A stretch of DNA of 64,000 nucleotides, from assembly GCA_013388435.1 (NCBI GenBank), contig JACAFE010000034.1, positions 476-64,475 on the forward strand, read 5' to 3'. Within the stretch, counting starts at the first letter, position 1; every line of letters begins with the position of its first letter. Shown here piece after piece: positions 28,318 to 38,822 of this stretch. The stretch comes from Nitrospirota bacterium. GTDB taxonomy: Bacteria > Nitrospirota > Thermodesulfovibrionia > Thermodesulfovibrionales > SM23-35. Under the pieces are notes generated by a model. The model saw only the letters and a program-made list of their open reading frames with translations. It did no database searches and was not told where the DNA came from. A program made the translations under genes and the position numbers.

Positions 28318-29881
28318 TTGTTTTAGTAAGGTCATTAAAGAACTGTTTGTTTTCAGCATATAGAAGACCATCTTCAAGCGTTATAAGCCCTGATTTGTAT
28401 AGCTTTGCAAGAGATATTTCCAGAGGTGTGAAATCTTCTGTGCCAATGCTTGTTTTTTGAGATCTTATCTGATGTGTTTTGCCCTCGCGTATTAGATTTT
28501 TAATTCCCGTGCTATTGATAATAGACTCATAGGCAAGGATTCTTCCTTCGCCTGATTTTAGAGGAATTAATTTTTGTGAAAATATAAAAATAAGATTGTC
28601 AGCAAGTCTTGTTCTTATAAATACCTGTTGATGTGGCGGGAACATATTTACTATTCTTTCAATTGTTGTTAATGAATTGCTTGCATGTACTGATGCAATA
28701 ACAAGGTGTCCTGTGTCAGCAGCCTGCAAGGTAAGATTAAAACTTTCAGCATCCCTGAGGTCTCCGATTACAATAACGTCAGGGTCCTGTCTGTAAACAT
28801 GCTTCATCCCTTCAATAAAAGATTGCGTATCAGTTCCAATTTCCCGCTGATTTACATTGCTCTTTTTATGTTTATGAAGATATTCAATCGGCTCTTCAAA
28901 AGTGATAATATTGCATCTTCTTGTAGAATTGATAATATCAACGATCGTATTTAAAGTTGTAGTTTTCCCATGCCCTGCAGGTCCGGATACAAGGATAAGT
29001 CCTTGAGGCGCCAATACATATTCTTTAATCCATTCAGGAAGATTAAGCTCTTCCATTGAAGGAAGTATGTCTTTTATATATCTCATGGTGATTGAAATTG
29101 AATTGCGTTGTTTATATAAGTTTATTCTGAAACGTCCGATCTCGGGATAAGTTTTTGCAATATCAAAATCGCCTTTTTCCTGAAAAATCTCCCAGTTCTT
29201 TTCATTAAGGATTTCCTTTGCATATCTTATGCAATCATCAGGAGTTAAAGCATTCATAGCAGCTCTTTTTACATCATTGCCAAATTTTATTGACGGAGGC
29301 ACTCCTGCAGTAAGCATAAGATCAGAAGCAGGTGAAGATGAAAGATATTTAAGAAGATTAATAAGAGAAGGAGCTTTTCTTAAATCAGTTTTAATGCCAA
29401 TTTTACTCAGGTTTGAACCAGAAATTCCATCTCCAGGGTGCTCTGACAGAGTTTTTATAACCATTTCCATTTGTGAAGCTAAGACAACAACAGGATTGAC
29501 TTTTTTGCCCAATGAAAATTCTATATCCCTTATTGCAATCATATCTTTTGGGTTAACCATTGCAAGAGTAATAGAATTTTCATTTACTGTAATTGGAAGT
29601 ATTTTCATTGCTTTTATTTTTTCAAGAGGCATTATTTTAAGAACTTCTGGAAGTATATCAATCTTAGATAAATTTACAGAAGGTATGCCGACCTGTTTAC
29701 TGAGGAATGATAGCATGGTGTCAATATCAACAAAACCCAATTCAACAAGAATTGATCCCAGATGGCCGCCAACCTGTGCCTGTCTTTTTAAAGCGTCTTT
29801 TAATTGATTTGTATTTATTAAGCCCTGCTCAACAAAAAGTTCGCCAATTCGTTGCTTTTTCTTTCCTAATAGAGACATCAT
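28313..29881 (-). CDS. PilT-type AAA+ secretion/twitching ATPase fused to an N-terminal MshEN (T2SSE_N) c-di-GMP-binding domain
   Basis: 522 aa. The N-terminus has both 24-residue MshEN half-motifs (RIGELFVEQGLINTNQLKDALKRQ and HLGSILVELGFVDIDTMLSFLSKQ). The C-terminal part is PilT-like: Walker A GPAGHGKTTT, DPDVIVIGDLRD and GHLVIASVHA. Confidence 0.8.
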   Translation of the reverse strand: MMSLLGKKKQRIGELFVEQGLINTNQLKDALKRQAQVGGHLGSILVELGFVDIDTMLSFLSKQVGIPSVNLSKIDILPEVLKIMPLEKIKAMKILPITVNENSITLAMVNPKDMIAIRDIEFSLGKKVNPVVVLASQMEMVIKTLSEHPGDGISGSNLSKIGIKTDLRKAPSLINLLKYLSSSPASDLMLTAGVPPSIKFGNDVKRAAMNALTPDDCIRYAKEILNEKNWEIFQEKGDFDIAKTYPEIGRFRINLYKQRNSISITMRYIKDILPSMEELNLPEWIKEYVLAPQGLILVSGPAGHGKTTTLNTIVDIINSTRRCNIITFEEPIEYLHKHKKSNVNQREIGTDTQSFIEGMKHVYRQDPDVIVIGDLRDAESFNLTLQAADTGHLVIASVHASNSLTTIERIVNMFPPHQQVFIRTRLADNLIFIFSQKLIPLKSGEGRILAYESIINSTGIKNLIREGKTHQIRSQKTSIGTEDFTPLEISLAKLYKSGLITLEDGLLYAENKQFFNDLTKTS

Positions 29882-30038
29882 TCTTTTCTAACATGTTTCC
29901 TTAAATTTGTCAAACTTTATCTTTTTTATTGTTACGTAAATATCATTTCAAGTTTTACTATATAATTTTCAAGGTGTAACAGCGTACAAACTGCATCTGG
30001 AAATGAAGATGTGTTTATGGTTATGTTATTATTAATTT

Positions 30039-30641
30039 ATGTTTTCACCCGGTGAAGTAAAAGCATGGGAAATACTTGAAAAAATTGAACCGTCAATTGT
30101 ATGCAGGAATGCTTTAGCAGAATATGATGAAAAGGAAAATCATTATATCATAAGGTCTCTCAATTCAGATGTCTTTATATCACCCGGGAAAAGAAATATC
30201 AAGAGCTATTCAACTGAAGGTAAAAACCTCATTAAACGTTACGGATATTTTTTTGTTCATTCCTGCCTATGGTATCTTATAAACTCTAAAAATATACCTT
30301 TAACAGAAAAACTTATTAGACCTTCTGACATCAAAGATGGTGCATCTTTTTTCAGGGGAAGTCATTTGCTCCCTCTATCGAGACTTGCCGAAAAATATGG
30401 TGAGCACAAAGATGCTTTCCTAAATGATTCAAAAAAATTTGGAGCAACATTGCAAAATTTTGGTGATGTATCTGTTAGACTTTTTCCAATGCCAAGAATT
30501 CCCGTTACGATAATTTTATGGTTAAAAGATGAAGAATTCCCGGCAAGGGCTGATTTGCTCTTTGATTCATCCTGTGAATTTCATTTGCCAGTCGAAATTC
30601 TCTGGTCAATAGCAATGTTCAGCATTCTAATTTTGTTATGA
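30039..30641 (+). CDS. DUF3786-like protein
   Basis: 200 aa. The C-terminal IILWLKDEEFPARADLLFDSSCEFHLPVEIL matches my recollection of the DUF3786 signature (DEEFP...LFD). Its stop overlaps the next start (ATGA at 30638-30641). Confidence 0.5.
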   Translation: MFSPGEVKAWEILEKIEPSIVCRNALAEYDEKENHYIIRSLNSDVFISPGKRNIKSYSTEGKNLIKRYGYFFVHSCLWYLINSKNIPLTEKLIRPSDIKDGASFFRGSHLLPLSRLAEKYGEHKDAFLNDSKKFGATLQNFGDVSVRLFPMPRIPVTIILWLKDEEFPARADLLFDSSCEFHLPVEILWSIAMFSILILL

Positions 30642-32299
30642 GCTGGAAGCTTAAAGAAAAAACCGATTTATTGTTATCGAGAGAACAAGGAACGATATTT
30701 AAAGACCCGGGCGGAAAAATCAATATCGCACTTGTTTATCCAAATACTTATCATCTGGGAATGTCAAATCTCGGCTTTCAGGGCATATATGGTCTTTTAA
30801 ACAGCATAAATGATGTTGTATGTGAGAGAGTTTTTCTGCCAGATGAGAAAGATATTGAAGAATTCTTTAGAACCGGTACGGAACTCTTTTCGATTGAATC
30901 AAAAAGACCTCTCCACAATTTTGATATTATCGCTTTTTCGACTTCTTTCGAGAATGATTATCCGAATATCCTAAGAATATTAAGTCTTGCGGGAATACCT
31001 TTTTTCAGCTCAGAAAGAACAGAAAAACATCCTTTAATAATTATGGGCGGTGTATGCGCTTTTTTAAATCCCGAACCTGTTGCGGATTTTTTTGATATAG
31101 TTTTTATCGGAGAGGCAGATGAAATGTTACCCGAATTTATAAATATATGCAGAGGTTCTTCAGGGAAAACAGATATTTTGAATAAATCTCTTTTGATTGA
31201 AGGATGTTATATACCTTCTTTTTACAGTATATCTTTTACATCTAAAGGAACCATAAAATCAAGAAAGGCATTAAATGAAGCACCTGACATAATAAGAAGG
31301 CGTTTTTTCAACGATATTTCAAAATCAAAAATTTACACATCTATACTCACTAAAGAAACAGAATTCTCAGAAATGTCTCTGGTTGAGGCTATGAGAGGCT
31401 GTCCGTGGAATTGCAGGTTCTGCGCTGTTGGTAAGATATACAATCCACCGAGAAAAAAAGATTTAACTGTTATTAAAGGAGAAATACAAAATGCACTTGA
31501 AAAAACAAAAAGAGTCGGATTGATAGGACCTTCTCTTTCAGATTATCCTTTTATAAAAGAGACCCTTCAGATTTCAGGGGTAGATTTTTCAATCACTTCC
31601 TTAAGAGCAGGAACAAGAAGCGCTGAACTTATAAAATTCATGAAAGGTCATAAGAGTGTTTCAATCGCTCCTGAAGCAGGCACTGATAGATTGCGTAGAG
31701 TCATTAATAAAAAAATCACAGAAGAAGATATACTTTTTACTTCGGAACAGCTTTTTCTTGAAGGGATAGAAACCTTACGGCTCTATTTTATGATTGGACT
31801 TCCTACTGAGACAGATGATGATATTGATGGTATAGTAAACCTTGTTAAAAAAATCAGGTCAATTTCTGCCAGAGGGTTTATAACATTAAGCATAAGCACA
31901 TTTGTGCCAAAACCTTTTACACCATTTCAGTGGCATCCTATGGAGAAAGAAATTATAATCAAAAAACGTCTTACTCATATTAAGAAGAGCATTCTTCAGA
32001 TTAAGGGTGCTAAAGTATTCCATGATGTCCCGAAATATGCTTATATGCAGGGACTTTTCTCGCAAGGCAACAGAAAGATTTCTCAAGTCCTTGCAGCAAT
32101 GATAAAACAAAATGATTGGATAAAAGCAACTGAAGAGTCAGGCGTTGATAAAGATTTCTTTATTTTCAGAAAAAAAGATTTCCTTGAAATTCTGCCATGG
32201 GATTTCATTGACAATGGAATTCCTAAAATCAATCTCTGGAAAGAATATCAGGAAGCCATTTCCTCTCAAAATAATAAAGACATAGCTTATTGCGATTGA
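30638..32299 (+). CDS. Radical SAM protein with N-terminal B12-binding-like domain (TIGR03960-like, function unknown)
   Basis: 553 aa. The N-terminal IALVYPNTYHLGMSNLGFQGIYGLLN is characteristic of this rSAM family. The CxxxCxxC motif is RGCPWNCRFCAVG. Confidence 0.8.
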   Translation: MSWKLKEKTDLLLSREQGTIFKDPGGKINIALVYPNTYHLGMSNLGFQGIYGLLNSINDVVCERVFLPDEKDIEEFFRTGTELFSIESKRPLHNFDIIAFSTSFENDYPNILRILSLAGIPFFSSERTEKHPLIIMGGVCAFLNPEPVADFFDIVFIGEADEMLPEFINICRGSSGKTDILNKSLLIEGCYIPSFYSISFTSKGTIKSRKALNEAPDIIRRRFFNDISKSKIYTSILTKETEFSEMSLVEAMRGCPWNCRFCAVGKIYNPPRKKDLTVIKGEIQNALEKTKRVGLIGPSLSDYPFIKETLQISGVDFSITSLRAGTRSAELIKFMKGHKSVSIAPEAGTDRLRRVINKKITEEDILFTSEQLFLEGIETLRLYFMIGLPTETDDDIDGIVNLVKKIRSISARGFITLSISTFVPKPFTPFQWHPMEKEIIIKKRLTHIKKSILQIKGAKVFHDVPKYAYMQGLFSQGNRKISQVLAAMIKQNDWIKATEESGVDKDFFIFRKKDFLEILPWDFIDNGIPKINLWKEYQEAISSQNNKDIAYCD

Positions 32300-32324
32300 A
32301 ATAATTTATATGTTGCAAAATATT

Positions 32325-33635
32325 TTATTCTGTTTTTTTATTTTTGTCGGTAATTATTTCTAACTTAACTTTTGATATTCTTTTGCCGACCATTTCAGAG
32401 ACTGTAAGCTTTTTGTTATCTATCTCGATAAAATCACCCGCAACAGGTATTTTCTGAAATTCTGACAGGAGAAACCCACTCAATGTCTCATAATCAGGAG
32501 ATTCAGGAAGTTCAATTGAGTAATCTTCTTTTAAATCTCTGATACTTATAGAAGCATCTATTAAGTAAACATTTTCACCTAAATTAATAACCGGACTTTC
32601 AACATCGTATTCATCTCTTATTTCACCAACTATCTCTTCAAGAAGGTCTTCCATTGTGACAAGTCCTGAAACTCCACCATATTCATCAATCACCAGAGCC
32701 ATATGCACCCTTTTTTTCTGCATATCTTTTAGAAGTTTGCTTATTTTCATTGTCTCAGGGATAAAGAAAGGAGGTTTTATAAGTTTTCTTATATCAGAAA
32801 TGCCTTTTGGTAAAGCATTCAGGAAATCTTTTGCATAGAGTATTCCTCTAATGTCGTTTATATCTTTACCAATAACAGGATATCGAGAAAATTGTTCTTC
32901 GCTTATGATTTGCTGTATCTCATTTATAGGCATATTTATTCCGATTGTAACCATTTGTGTTGCAGGTGACATAACTTCTTTTGCCGACATATCGGTAAAT
33001 TCAAATACGCTGTGAATTAGCTCCTGTTCTGCGGGCTCAAAAACACCCTGCTCTCCTCCCTCTATAATAAGCATCTTTACCTCTTCTTCTGATATAAAAG
33101 CCCTGTCAGAATATCTTTTTCCTCCAAAAGGCTTAAGAATAATATTTGTGCTTGCTGTAAGAACTTTTACAAATATCACGGCAATCTTTGAGAAAGCATC
33201 AACAATCGGAGCGGTTCTAAGTCCTATCCAATCAGGATTATTCAGGGCAAGAGACTTTGGTACAAGTTCACCAAAAATAAGGGTGAAATAAGTGATGCTG
33301 ATAGTAACAATTCCTATTGCTATTGCTTCGCTCGAAGCAGAAATTAATGGTACAGGCACCTGTTTTATGGCAGGCTTTATAATTTCAATAGCTGCTGCGC
33401 CGCCGAGTGCAGCTGCAAGAACACCAACAAATGTAATAGCTATCTGTATAGTTGCAAGAAATTTATCAGGATTTTCCTTGAATTTTTTCAGAATTTCAGC
33501 GGTTTTGTTGCCTTCTTCGATAAGTTGTTTTATGCGGCTTTTTCTTATTGTTACAACAGCTATTTCAGCAGCAGCAAAAAAGCCGTTCAAAAATATAAAA
33601 ACAGTTATAAGTGCTATATCAGACCACATATTCAA
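32325..33635 (-). CDS. CNNM/TlyC/CorC-family transporter (DUF21 + CBS pair + CorC_HlyC)
   Basis: 436 aa. It has the N-terminal membrane DUF21 region (LNGFFAAAEIAVVTIRKSR), a CBS pair region, and a C-terminal CorC_HlyC-like part (ETLSGFLLSEFQKIPVAGDFI). Confidence 0.85.
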   Translation of the reverse strand: MNMWSDIALITVFIFLNGFFAAAEIAVVTIRKSRIKQLIEEGNKTAEILKKFKENPDKFLATIQIAITFVGVLAAALGGAAAIEIIKPAIKQVPVPLISASSEAIAIGIVTISITYFTLIFGELVPKSLALNNPDWIGLRTAPIVDAFSKIAVIFVKVLTASTNIILKPFGGKRYSDRAFISEEEVKMLIIEGGEQGVFEPAEQELIHSVFEFTDMSAKEVMSPATQMVTIGINMPINEIQQIISEEQFSRYPVIGKDINDIRGILYAKDFLNALPKGISDIRKLIKPPFFIPETMKISKLLKDMQKKRVHMALVIDEYGGVSGLVTMEDLLEEIVGEIRDEYDVESPVINLGENVYLIDASISIRDLKEDYSIELPESPDYETLSGFLLSEFQKIPVAGDFIEIDNKKLTVSEMVGKRISKVKLEIITDKNKKTE

Positions 33636-33741
33636 GCACCTTCAGAATTTCAGGTTTCATTGATTTTTAATTGTTTTTCAGCTTGAATTTGCAGCCTGTA
33701 TATATCTTCTTTTTCTTTTGTACTTCCAATCTCCATATAAA

Positions 33742-34818
33742 TTATTTCATACTTTTTATAATCGCATCAGCAAATTGTAATGTTCCGACAGCAGCAGGAT
33801 CATCAGGATAAGGTTTAAGATCATATGTTACATTTTTGCCTTCTGCTATGACATCTGAAATAGCTTTTTCAAGCCTTTCTGCAGCGGTTATTTCTCCAAT
33901 ATGCCTCAGCATCATAACTCCTGACAATATCATAGCAAGGGGATTAACTTTGTTCAAGCCCTTGTATTTTGGAGCACTTCCATGAACAGGCTCAAAAACA
34001 GCATATTCTTCCCCGAGATTAGCGCCTGGAGCAATGCCCAGTCCGCCAATAAGTCCTGCAGCGAGATCGGATACAATATCTCCGTAAAGATTTGGCAGAA
34101 CAAGCACATCATAAAGTTCAGGTTTCTGGACGAGTTGCATACACATGTTATCAACTATTCTGTCTTCAAATTCTATATCAGGATAATTCGAAGCTACATT
34201 ACGGGCTGTCTCAAGGAAAAGTCCGTCTGAATATTTCATAATATTTGCCTTGTGTACAGCAGTAACTTTTTTCCTTTTATTCTTTCTTGCATATTCAAAT
34301 GCAAACCTTACAATTCTCTCTGTTCCGAATACTGAAATCGGTTTTATACTAATTCCTGAATCGCTTCTGATAGTTTTACCTGTTAATTCTCTTATTAACT
34401 CAATCACCTGCTTTGAGCCATCAGAGCCCTTCTCGAATTCTATCCCTGCATATAAGTCTTCAGTATTTTCCCTGACTATTACAATATCAACATTTTCATA
34501 TCTTGTTCTTACGCCTTTGAAAATTCTTGAAGGTCTCAGATTGCAATAGAGATCGAGCGTTTGTCTAAGTGTAACATTTACACTTCTGAATCCTGTGCCA
34601 ACAGGTGTTGTAACAGGTCCTTTAAGAGCAATTTTATTTTTCTTGATTGAATCAATCACCCTTTGTGGTAACGGAGTTCCCTCTTTTTCATATACATCTA
34701 TTCCTGCTTCCTGAATATCCCATTTTATAGTCACCCCCGTAGCTTCTAAAACTTTTTTTGTAGCCTCTGTTATTTCCGGTCCGGTTCCATCTCCTGGAAT
34801 TAAAGTGATATTGTACAT
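33742..34818 (-). CDS. Isocitrate/homoisocitrate dehydrogenase (NAD-IDH-like beta-decarboxylating dehydrogenase)
   Basis: 358 aa with [53 protein letters not shown] and [19 protein letters not shown] motifs. Confidence 0.75.
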   Translation of the reverse strand: MYNITLIPGDGTGPEITEATKKVLEATGVTIKWDIQEAGIDVYEKEGTPLPQRVIDSIKKNKIALKGPVTTPVGTGFRSVNVTLRQTLDLYCNLRPSRIFKGVRTRYENVDIVIVRENTEDLYAGIEFEKGSDGSKQVIELIRELTGKTIRSDSGISIKPISVFGTERIVRFAFEYARKNKRKKVTAVHKANIMKYSDGLFLETARNVASNYPDIEFEDRIVDNMCMQLVQKPELYDVLVLPNLYGDIVSDLAAGLIGGLGIAPGANLGEEYAVFEPVHGSAPKYKGLNKVNPLAMILSGVMMLRHIGEITAAERLEKAISDVIAEGKNVTYDLKPYPDDPAAVGTLQFADAIIKSMK

Positions 34819-34862
34819 GGTCTCTCCAATCGTCTAAAAATAATTTTTGGAATTTATCTTAT

Positions 34863-36098
34863 TTAAGGATTAACTGTAAGTATTTTCTGCACCTGTTCAG
34901 GAAAAGTCGCTATAAGCTTTAATTCATCGTCTGTTAAAGGTTTCTGGGTATGCAGATTAGCATACTGAACAAGTTCGAGAACTCTCCTTGCTTCATTGTC
35001 ATTGGTGAAATGTATGCCGAGTTTATCATATACATGTCTGAAGCCTTTAATGCCGCCATATTCTCCTGTTGTTATTATTCTGCCGGTTTCAGAAAGTTCA
35101 GGCTCGCCCCTGCCAACATCTTCGGGGTCATAAAGTTCATAATTTCTTCTGTCTTTTAAAGCGCCATCAGCATGTATTCCCGATTCATGTGCAAAAGCAT
35201 TTGCACCTATGCCCGGCTGATTTATCGGTATGGGTATATTAAAAGCATATGAAGCATACTTCCCGATTTTCCATGCTTTTTTTAAGTCAACATTTTCATC
35301 AAGAGGAAGCTTGTTTTTGAGCCCCTGTGAAAATTTAAGGGCTAATATAGTTGACACAAGGTCGCAGTTACCGCAACGTTCTCCATAACCATTGATTGTA
35401 GTATTTATATATGCATCAACACCTGCTTCAACAGAACCCTGAGCACCTGCAATCGAAACAGCTTCTGCCATGCCAAGATCATTATGACAGTGCATCTCGA
35501 TAGGGAATTTTGTTGCAAGGGCAAGAGCTTTTGTTCTTTCATAAATTGTTATAGGATCATCTGTCCCAAGTGTATCGCAATATCTGAAACGATCAGCTCC
35601 AGCTTCTTTCCCTGCAAGTATAAATTCAATTAATCTGTCAAGCTCTGTTCTCGAAGCATCTTCTGCATTTATGCCTATTGTTTGAGCGCCGAGTTCTTTT
35701 GCGGTTTTAACTGCTTCTGAAAGGGATTTCACTATATCTTTAAATGTTTTTCTTCCCTGAAATTTACCCTGTATCATAATCTCAGAAGTGGAAATAGAAA
35801 TATTTATATGTTTCAAATCCGGACAGTTTTTGAAACTTAATTTAACATCCTCGGGAATCGCCCTGCACCAGCCTTCAAGATGAATCCTTTTGAATACACC
35901 TAATTTAAAGAGTTCGAGGTTTGCATTGATATAATTAATCTCATGTTTCAGGGTCGGGAAACCAATTTCTGACTGGAATATTCCCATCTCATCAAGATAA
36001 ATGTTAAGCATTGTTTTTGAAAGTTTGGGCAAAAGTATTCTCGAAGTTTGAACTCCGTCTCTGTTTGTCACATCAACTAAATAAACTTTGGCTTTCAT
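34863..36098 (-). CDS. DRE-TIM (HMGL-like) 2-oxoacid:acetyl-CoA condensing enzyme; homocitrate synthase / Re-citrate synthase family
   Basis: 411 aa with DVTNRDGVQ near the N-terminus, HCHNDLGMA and HESGIH motifs. It has no LeuA-type C-terminal regulatory domain. It lies immediately upstream of the IDH-like gene on the same strand. Confidence 0.7.
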   Translation of the reverse strand: MKAKVYLVDVTNRDGVQTSRILLPKLSKTMLNIYLDEMGIFQSEIGFPTLKHEINYINANLELFKLGVFKRIHLEGWCRAIPEDVKLSFKNCPDLKHINISISTSEIMIQGKFQGRKTFKDIVKSLSEAVKTAKELGAQTIGINAEDASRTELDRLIEFILAGKEAGADRFRYCDTLGTDDPITIYERTKALALATKFPIEMHCHNDLGMAEAVSIAGAQGSVEAGVDAYINTTINGYGERCGNCDLVSTILALKFSQGLKNKLPLDENVDLKKAWKIGKYASYAFNIPIPINQPGIGANAFAHESGIHADGALKDRRNYELYDPEDVGRGEPELSETGRIITTGEYGGIKGFRHVYDKLGIHFTNDNEARRVLELVQYANLHTQKPLTDDELKLIATFPEQVQKILTVNP

Positions 36099-36442
36099 TT
36101 TATTTTCCTTTTAACAAAAATTATAACCTGTAAAAATACAGGCAGATAAACTGAAATGTTGTTATTTCTTTGATTGCCATAACATTAAATGCTTTTTATC
36201 AGTAACACAAATTATTTTCACAGAACATTCGGATAAAATTCAATCTGATATGACTAATCAAAATTTAGCATTTATGAGGATTTTTAATTTGCATTTTCAA
36301 GCTCAACCTCAACATAATATTAATAACATAAATTCTCTAATATTACAATAAATTAATTTTATTAGTTTGATATTCAAGCAAATAAAGACTGGAAAAGACT
36401 AAAGCAGTTTGTTAAAATTAAAACCAGTTTTACGGAGGTATT

Positions 36443-37186
36443 ATGATGAATTTTAAAAGTCAGGTAGCTGTTATAACAGGCGGGACTCGTGGAATTGGAA
36501 AATCTATTGCCGAACATTTCGCAAGGAATGGAGCTGATATTATTGTTTGCGGAAGGAATCCACAGGCTGCAAACGAAGCAGCAGATTCTCTGTCATCTTT
36601 TGGTGTTAAGGCTGTCGGTTTGAGGCTTGATGTGTCAAACTCTCATGAAGTAAAAGAAACCTTTGAGAAGATTATCTCAGAATTTAAAAAAATAGATATA
36701 CTTGTTAATAACGCCGGGATTACCAAAGATGGACTTCTGATGCGGATGAGTGAAGATGCATGGGATGCGGTGCTTGACATAAATCTCAAAGGTTGTTTTT
36801 TATGCACTAAGGCTGTAATACCTGAAATGGCTCGCCAGAGATACGGAAGAATTATAAATATTACATCCGTTGCAGGCTTTATGGGAAATCCGGGACAGGC
36901 AAATTATAGTGCTTCAAAAGCCGGCATTGTAGGATTTACAAAAACCGTTGCAAGAGAGTATGCTTCAAGGGGAATAACAGTAAATGCTGTGGCTCCCGGT
37001 TTTATAGAAACCGCTATGACCGATGTGCTTAACGAAAAAATCAAAGAGGAAATGAAAAAACTCATTCCTATAGGAAGATTTGGCAAGGTTGAAGATATTG
37101 CAAATGCAGTATTATTTCTTGCATCACCTGAATCCGGATATATAACTGGACAGACTATCCATGTAAATGGCGGTATGTATATGTAA
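36443..37186 (+). CDS. fabG: 3-oxoacyl-[ACP] reductase
   Basis: 247 aa with VAVITGGTRGIGKSIA, NNAGIT, YSASKAG and a C-terminal GQTIHVNGGMYM. GGAGG RBS; the second ATG at 36446 is an alternative start. Confidence 0.9.
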   Translation: MMNFKSQVAVITGGTRGIGKSIAEHFARNGADIIVCGRNPQAANEAADSLSSFGVKAVGLRLDVSNSHEVKETFEKIISEFKKIDILVNNAGITKDGLLMRMSEDAWDAVLDINLKGCFLCTKAVIPEMARQRYGRIINITSVAGFMGNPGQANYSASKAGIVGFTKTVAREYASRGITVNAVAPGFIETAMTDVLNEKIKEEMKKLIPIGRFGKVEDIANAVLFLASPESGYITGQTIHVNGGMYM

Positions 37187-37328
37187 ACAAAATTAATGAA
37201 AAATTTAAATCATAAAAGTTATAATTTAAGTTCATAAGTCTGGCATAAACTGACATTGTTAATTTATGCTTTCACTTTTATGATGTTTTTTGAATTTTGA
37301 AATTTATTTTAATTTTGGAGGTGTCTTA

Positions 37329-37562
37329 ATGGTAGAAGAAAAGGTTAAAGAAATCATTTCTAAACAGCTTGGGGTGAATCCCTCAGAGGTTGTGCCTGAA
37401 GCCTCATTCGTTGAGGATCTTGGAGCAGATTCTCTCGATACTGTAGAACTTGTTATGGCATTTGAAGAAGCATTTGGTATCGAAATACCCGATGAGGATG
37501 CAGAGAAAATTTCAAAGGTTAAAGACGCGATCGACTACATTAACAATAAAAAAGCGGCTTAA
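37329..37562 (+). CDS. acpP: Acyl carrier protein
   Basis: Start reset to ATG 37329 behind GGAGG. The 77-aa product carries the [17 protein letters not shown] phosphopantetheine-attachment motif. Confidence 0.95.
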   Translation: MVEEKVKEIISKQLGVNPSEVVPEASFVEDLGADSLDTVELVMAFEEAFGIEIPDEDAEKISKVKDAIDYINNKKAA

Positions 37563-37567
37563 TATTT

Positions 37568-38812
37568 ATGGATAAGAGAAGGGTTGTAGTAACCGGGCTT
37601 GGGATGATAACCCCGCTCGGGATAGGTGTAAAGAAAAGCTGGGAAAATCTAATTGCTGGAAAGTCAGGTATCAGAAGGATTACCCAGTTTGATGCTTCAT
37701 CTTTTCCAACTCAGATTGCAGGTGAAGTAGAAGGATTTAATCCTGAAGACTACATCGAACCTAAAGAAATAAAGAAAATGGACCGTTTTATCCATTTTGC
37801 TATTGCAGCAGCTCAAATGGCTATGGATGATTCAGGTTTAAAGATAACCGAAGCAAATGCTGAAAGGACAGGTGTAATTGTAGGTTCTGGGATAGGAGGA
37901 TTAAATTCAATTGAATATTACCATAATGTCTATCTTCAAAAAGGACCCAGACGTATAACACCTTTTTTTATCCCGATGCTTGTAGTTAATCTCGCTTCAG
38001 GACAAATTTCCATCAGATTCGGAGCCAAAGGGCCAAATTCTGCTGTTGTCACAGCATGTGCTACAGGGAGCCATGCAATAGGTGATGCTTTTAAGATAAT
38101 CCAGAGAGGTGATGCGGATATTATGATTGCAGGAGGTTCTGAATCAGTAATAACACCTCTGGCTATAGGTGGTTTTAATGCTATGAAAGCATTATCAACA
38201 AGAAACAATGAACCTGAAAAAGCAAGCAGACCATTTGATATTGACAGGGATGGATTTGTGATGGGAGAAGGCTCGGGAATAGTTATTCTTGAAAGCCTCG
38301 AATACGCTCTTAACAGAGGAGCAAATATCTATGCAGAAATAGCAGGTTATGGCATGTCATCAGATGCTTATCATATAACAGCGCCATCACCGAATGGTGA
38401 AGGCGCTGTAAGATGTATGAGAATGGCTATTAAAGATGCTGGTGTTGAGCCTTCTGAAGTTAATTATATAAATGCTCATGGAACATCAACAAAATATGGT
38501 GATGAAATCGAGACAAATGCTATAAAAACACTTTTTGGAGAACATGCATATAAAATACCTATAAGTTCAACAAAATCAATGACAGGTCATTTGCTCGGAG
38601 CTGCTGGAGGTGTGGAATCAGTAATATCAATACTTTGTATTAAAAAAGGTATAATTCCTCCAACTATCAATCTAACAAATCCTGATCCAGAGTGCGATCT
38701 TGATTATGTTCCTAACACCGCAAGAAAAGCTGATGTATCCTGCTGTCTTTCTAATTCTTTTGGTTTTGGCGGAACAAACGCATGTCTTCTTTTTAAGAAA
38801 TATATCTCTTAA
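37568..38812 (+). CDS. fabF: 3-oxoacyl-[ACP] synthase II
   Basis: 414 aa with RRVVVTGLG, active-site [17 protein letters not shown] and GHLLGAAG motifs. Confidence 0.95.
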   Translation: MDKRRVVVTGLGMITPLGIGVKKSWENLIAGKSGIRRITQFDASSFPTQIAGEVEGFNPEDYIEPKEIKKMDRFIHFAIAAAQMAMDDSGLKITEANAERTGVIVGSGIGGLNSIEYYHNVYLQKGPRRITPFFIPMLVVNLASGQISIRFGAKGPNSAVVTACATGSHAIGDAFKIIQRGDADIMIAGGSESVITPLAIGGFNAMKALSTRNNEPEKASRPFDIDRDGFVMGEGSGIVILESLEYALNRGANIYAEIAGYGMSSDAYHITAPSPNGEGAVRCMRMAIKDAGVEPSEVNYINAHGTSTKYGDEIETNAIKTLFGEHAYKIPISSTKSMTGHLLGAAGGVESVISILCIKKGIIPPTINLTNPDPECDLDYVPNTARKADVSCCLSNSFGFGGTNACLLFKKYIS

Positions 38813-38822
38813 ATTTCAAATT

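Noticed and set aside
29229-29807. 192-aa ORF antisense to the PilT-like gene. Similar long antisense ORFs lie at 9585-9974, 11823-12203, 19808-20242, 33292-33663, 41633-42013, 43398-43790, 45905-46267, 55587-55958 and 61007-61426.
   Set aside because: All lie fully inside, and antisense to, well-supported genes with clear family motifs. They are Ser/Ile/Phe/Pro-rich shadow frames typical of AT-rich genomes and have no recognisable motifs or RBS.
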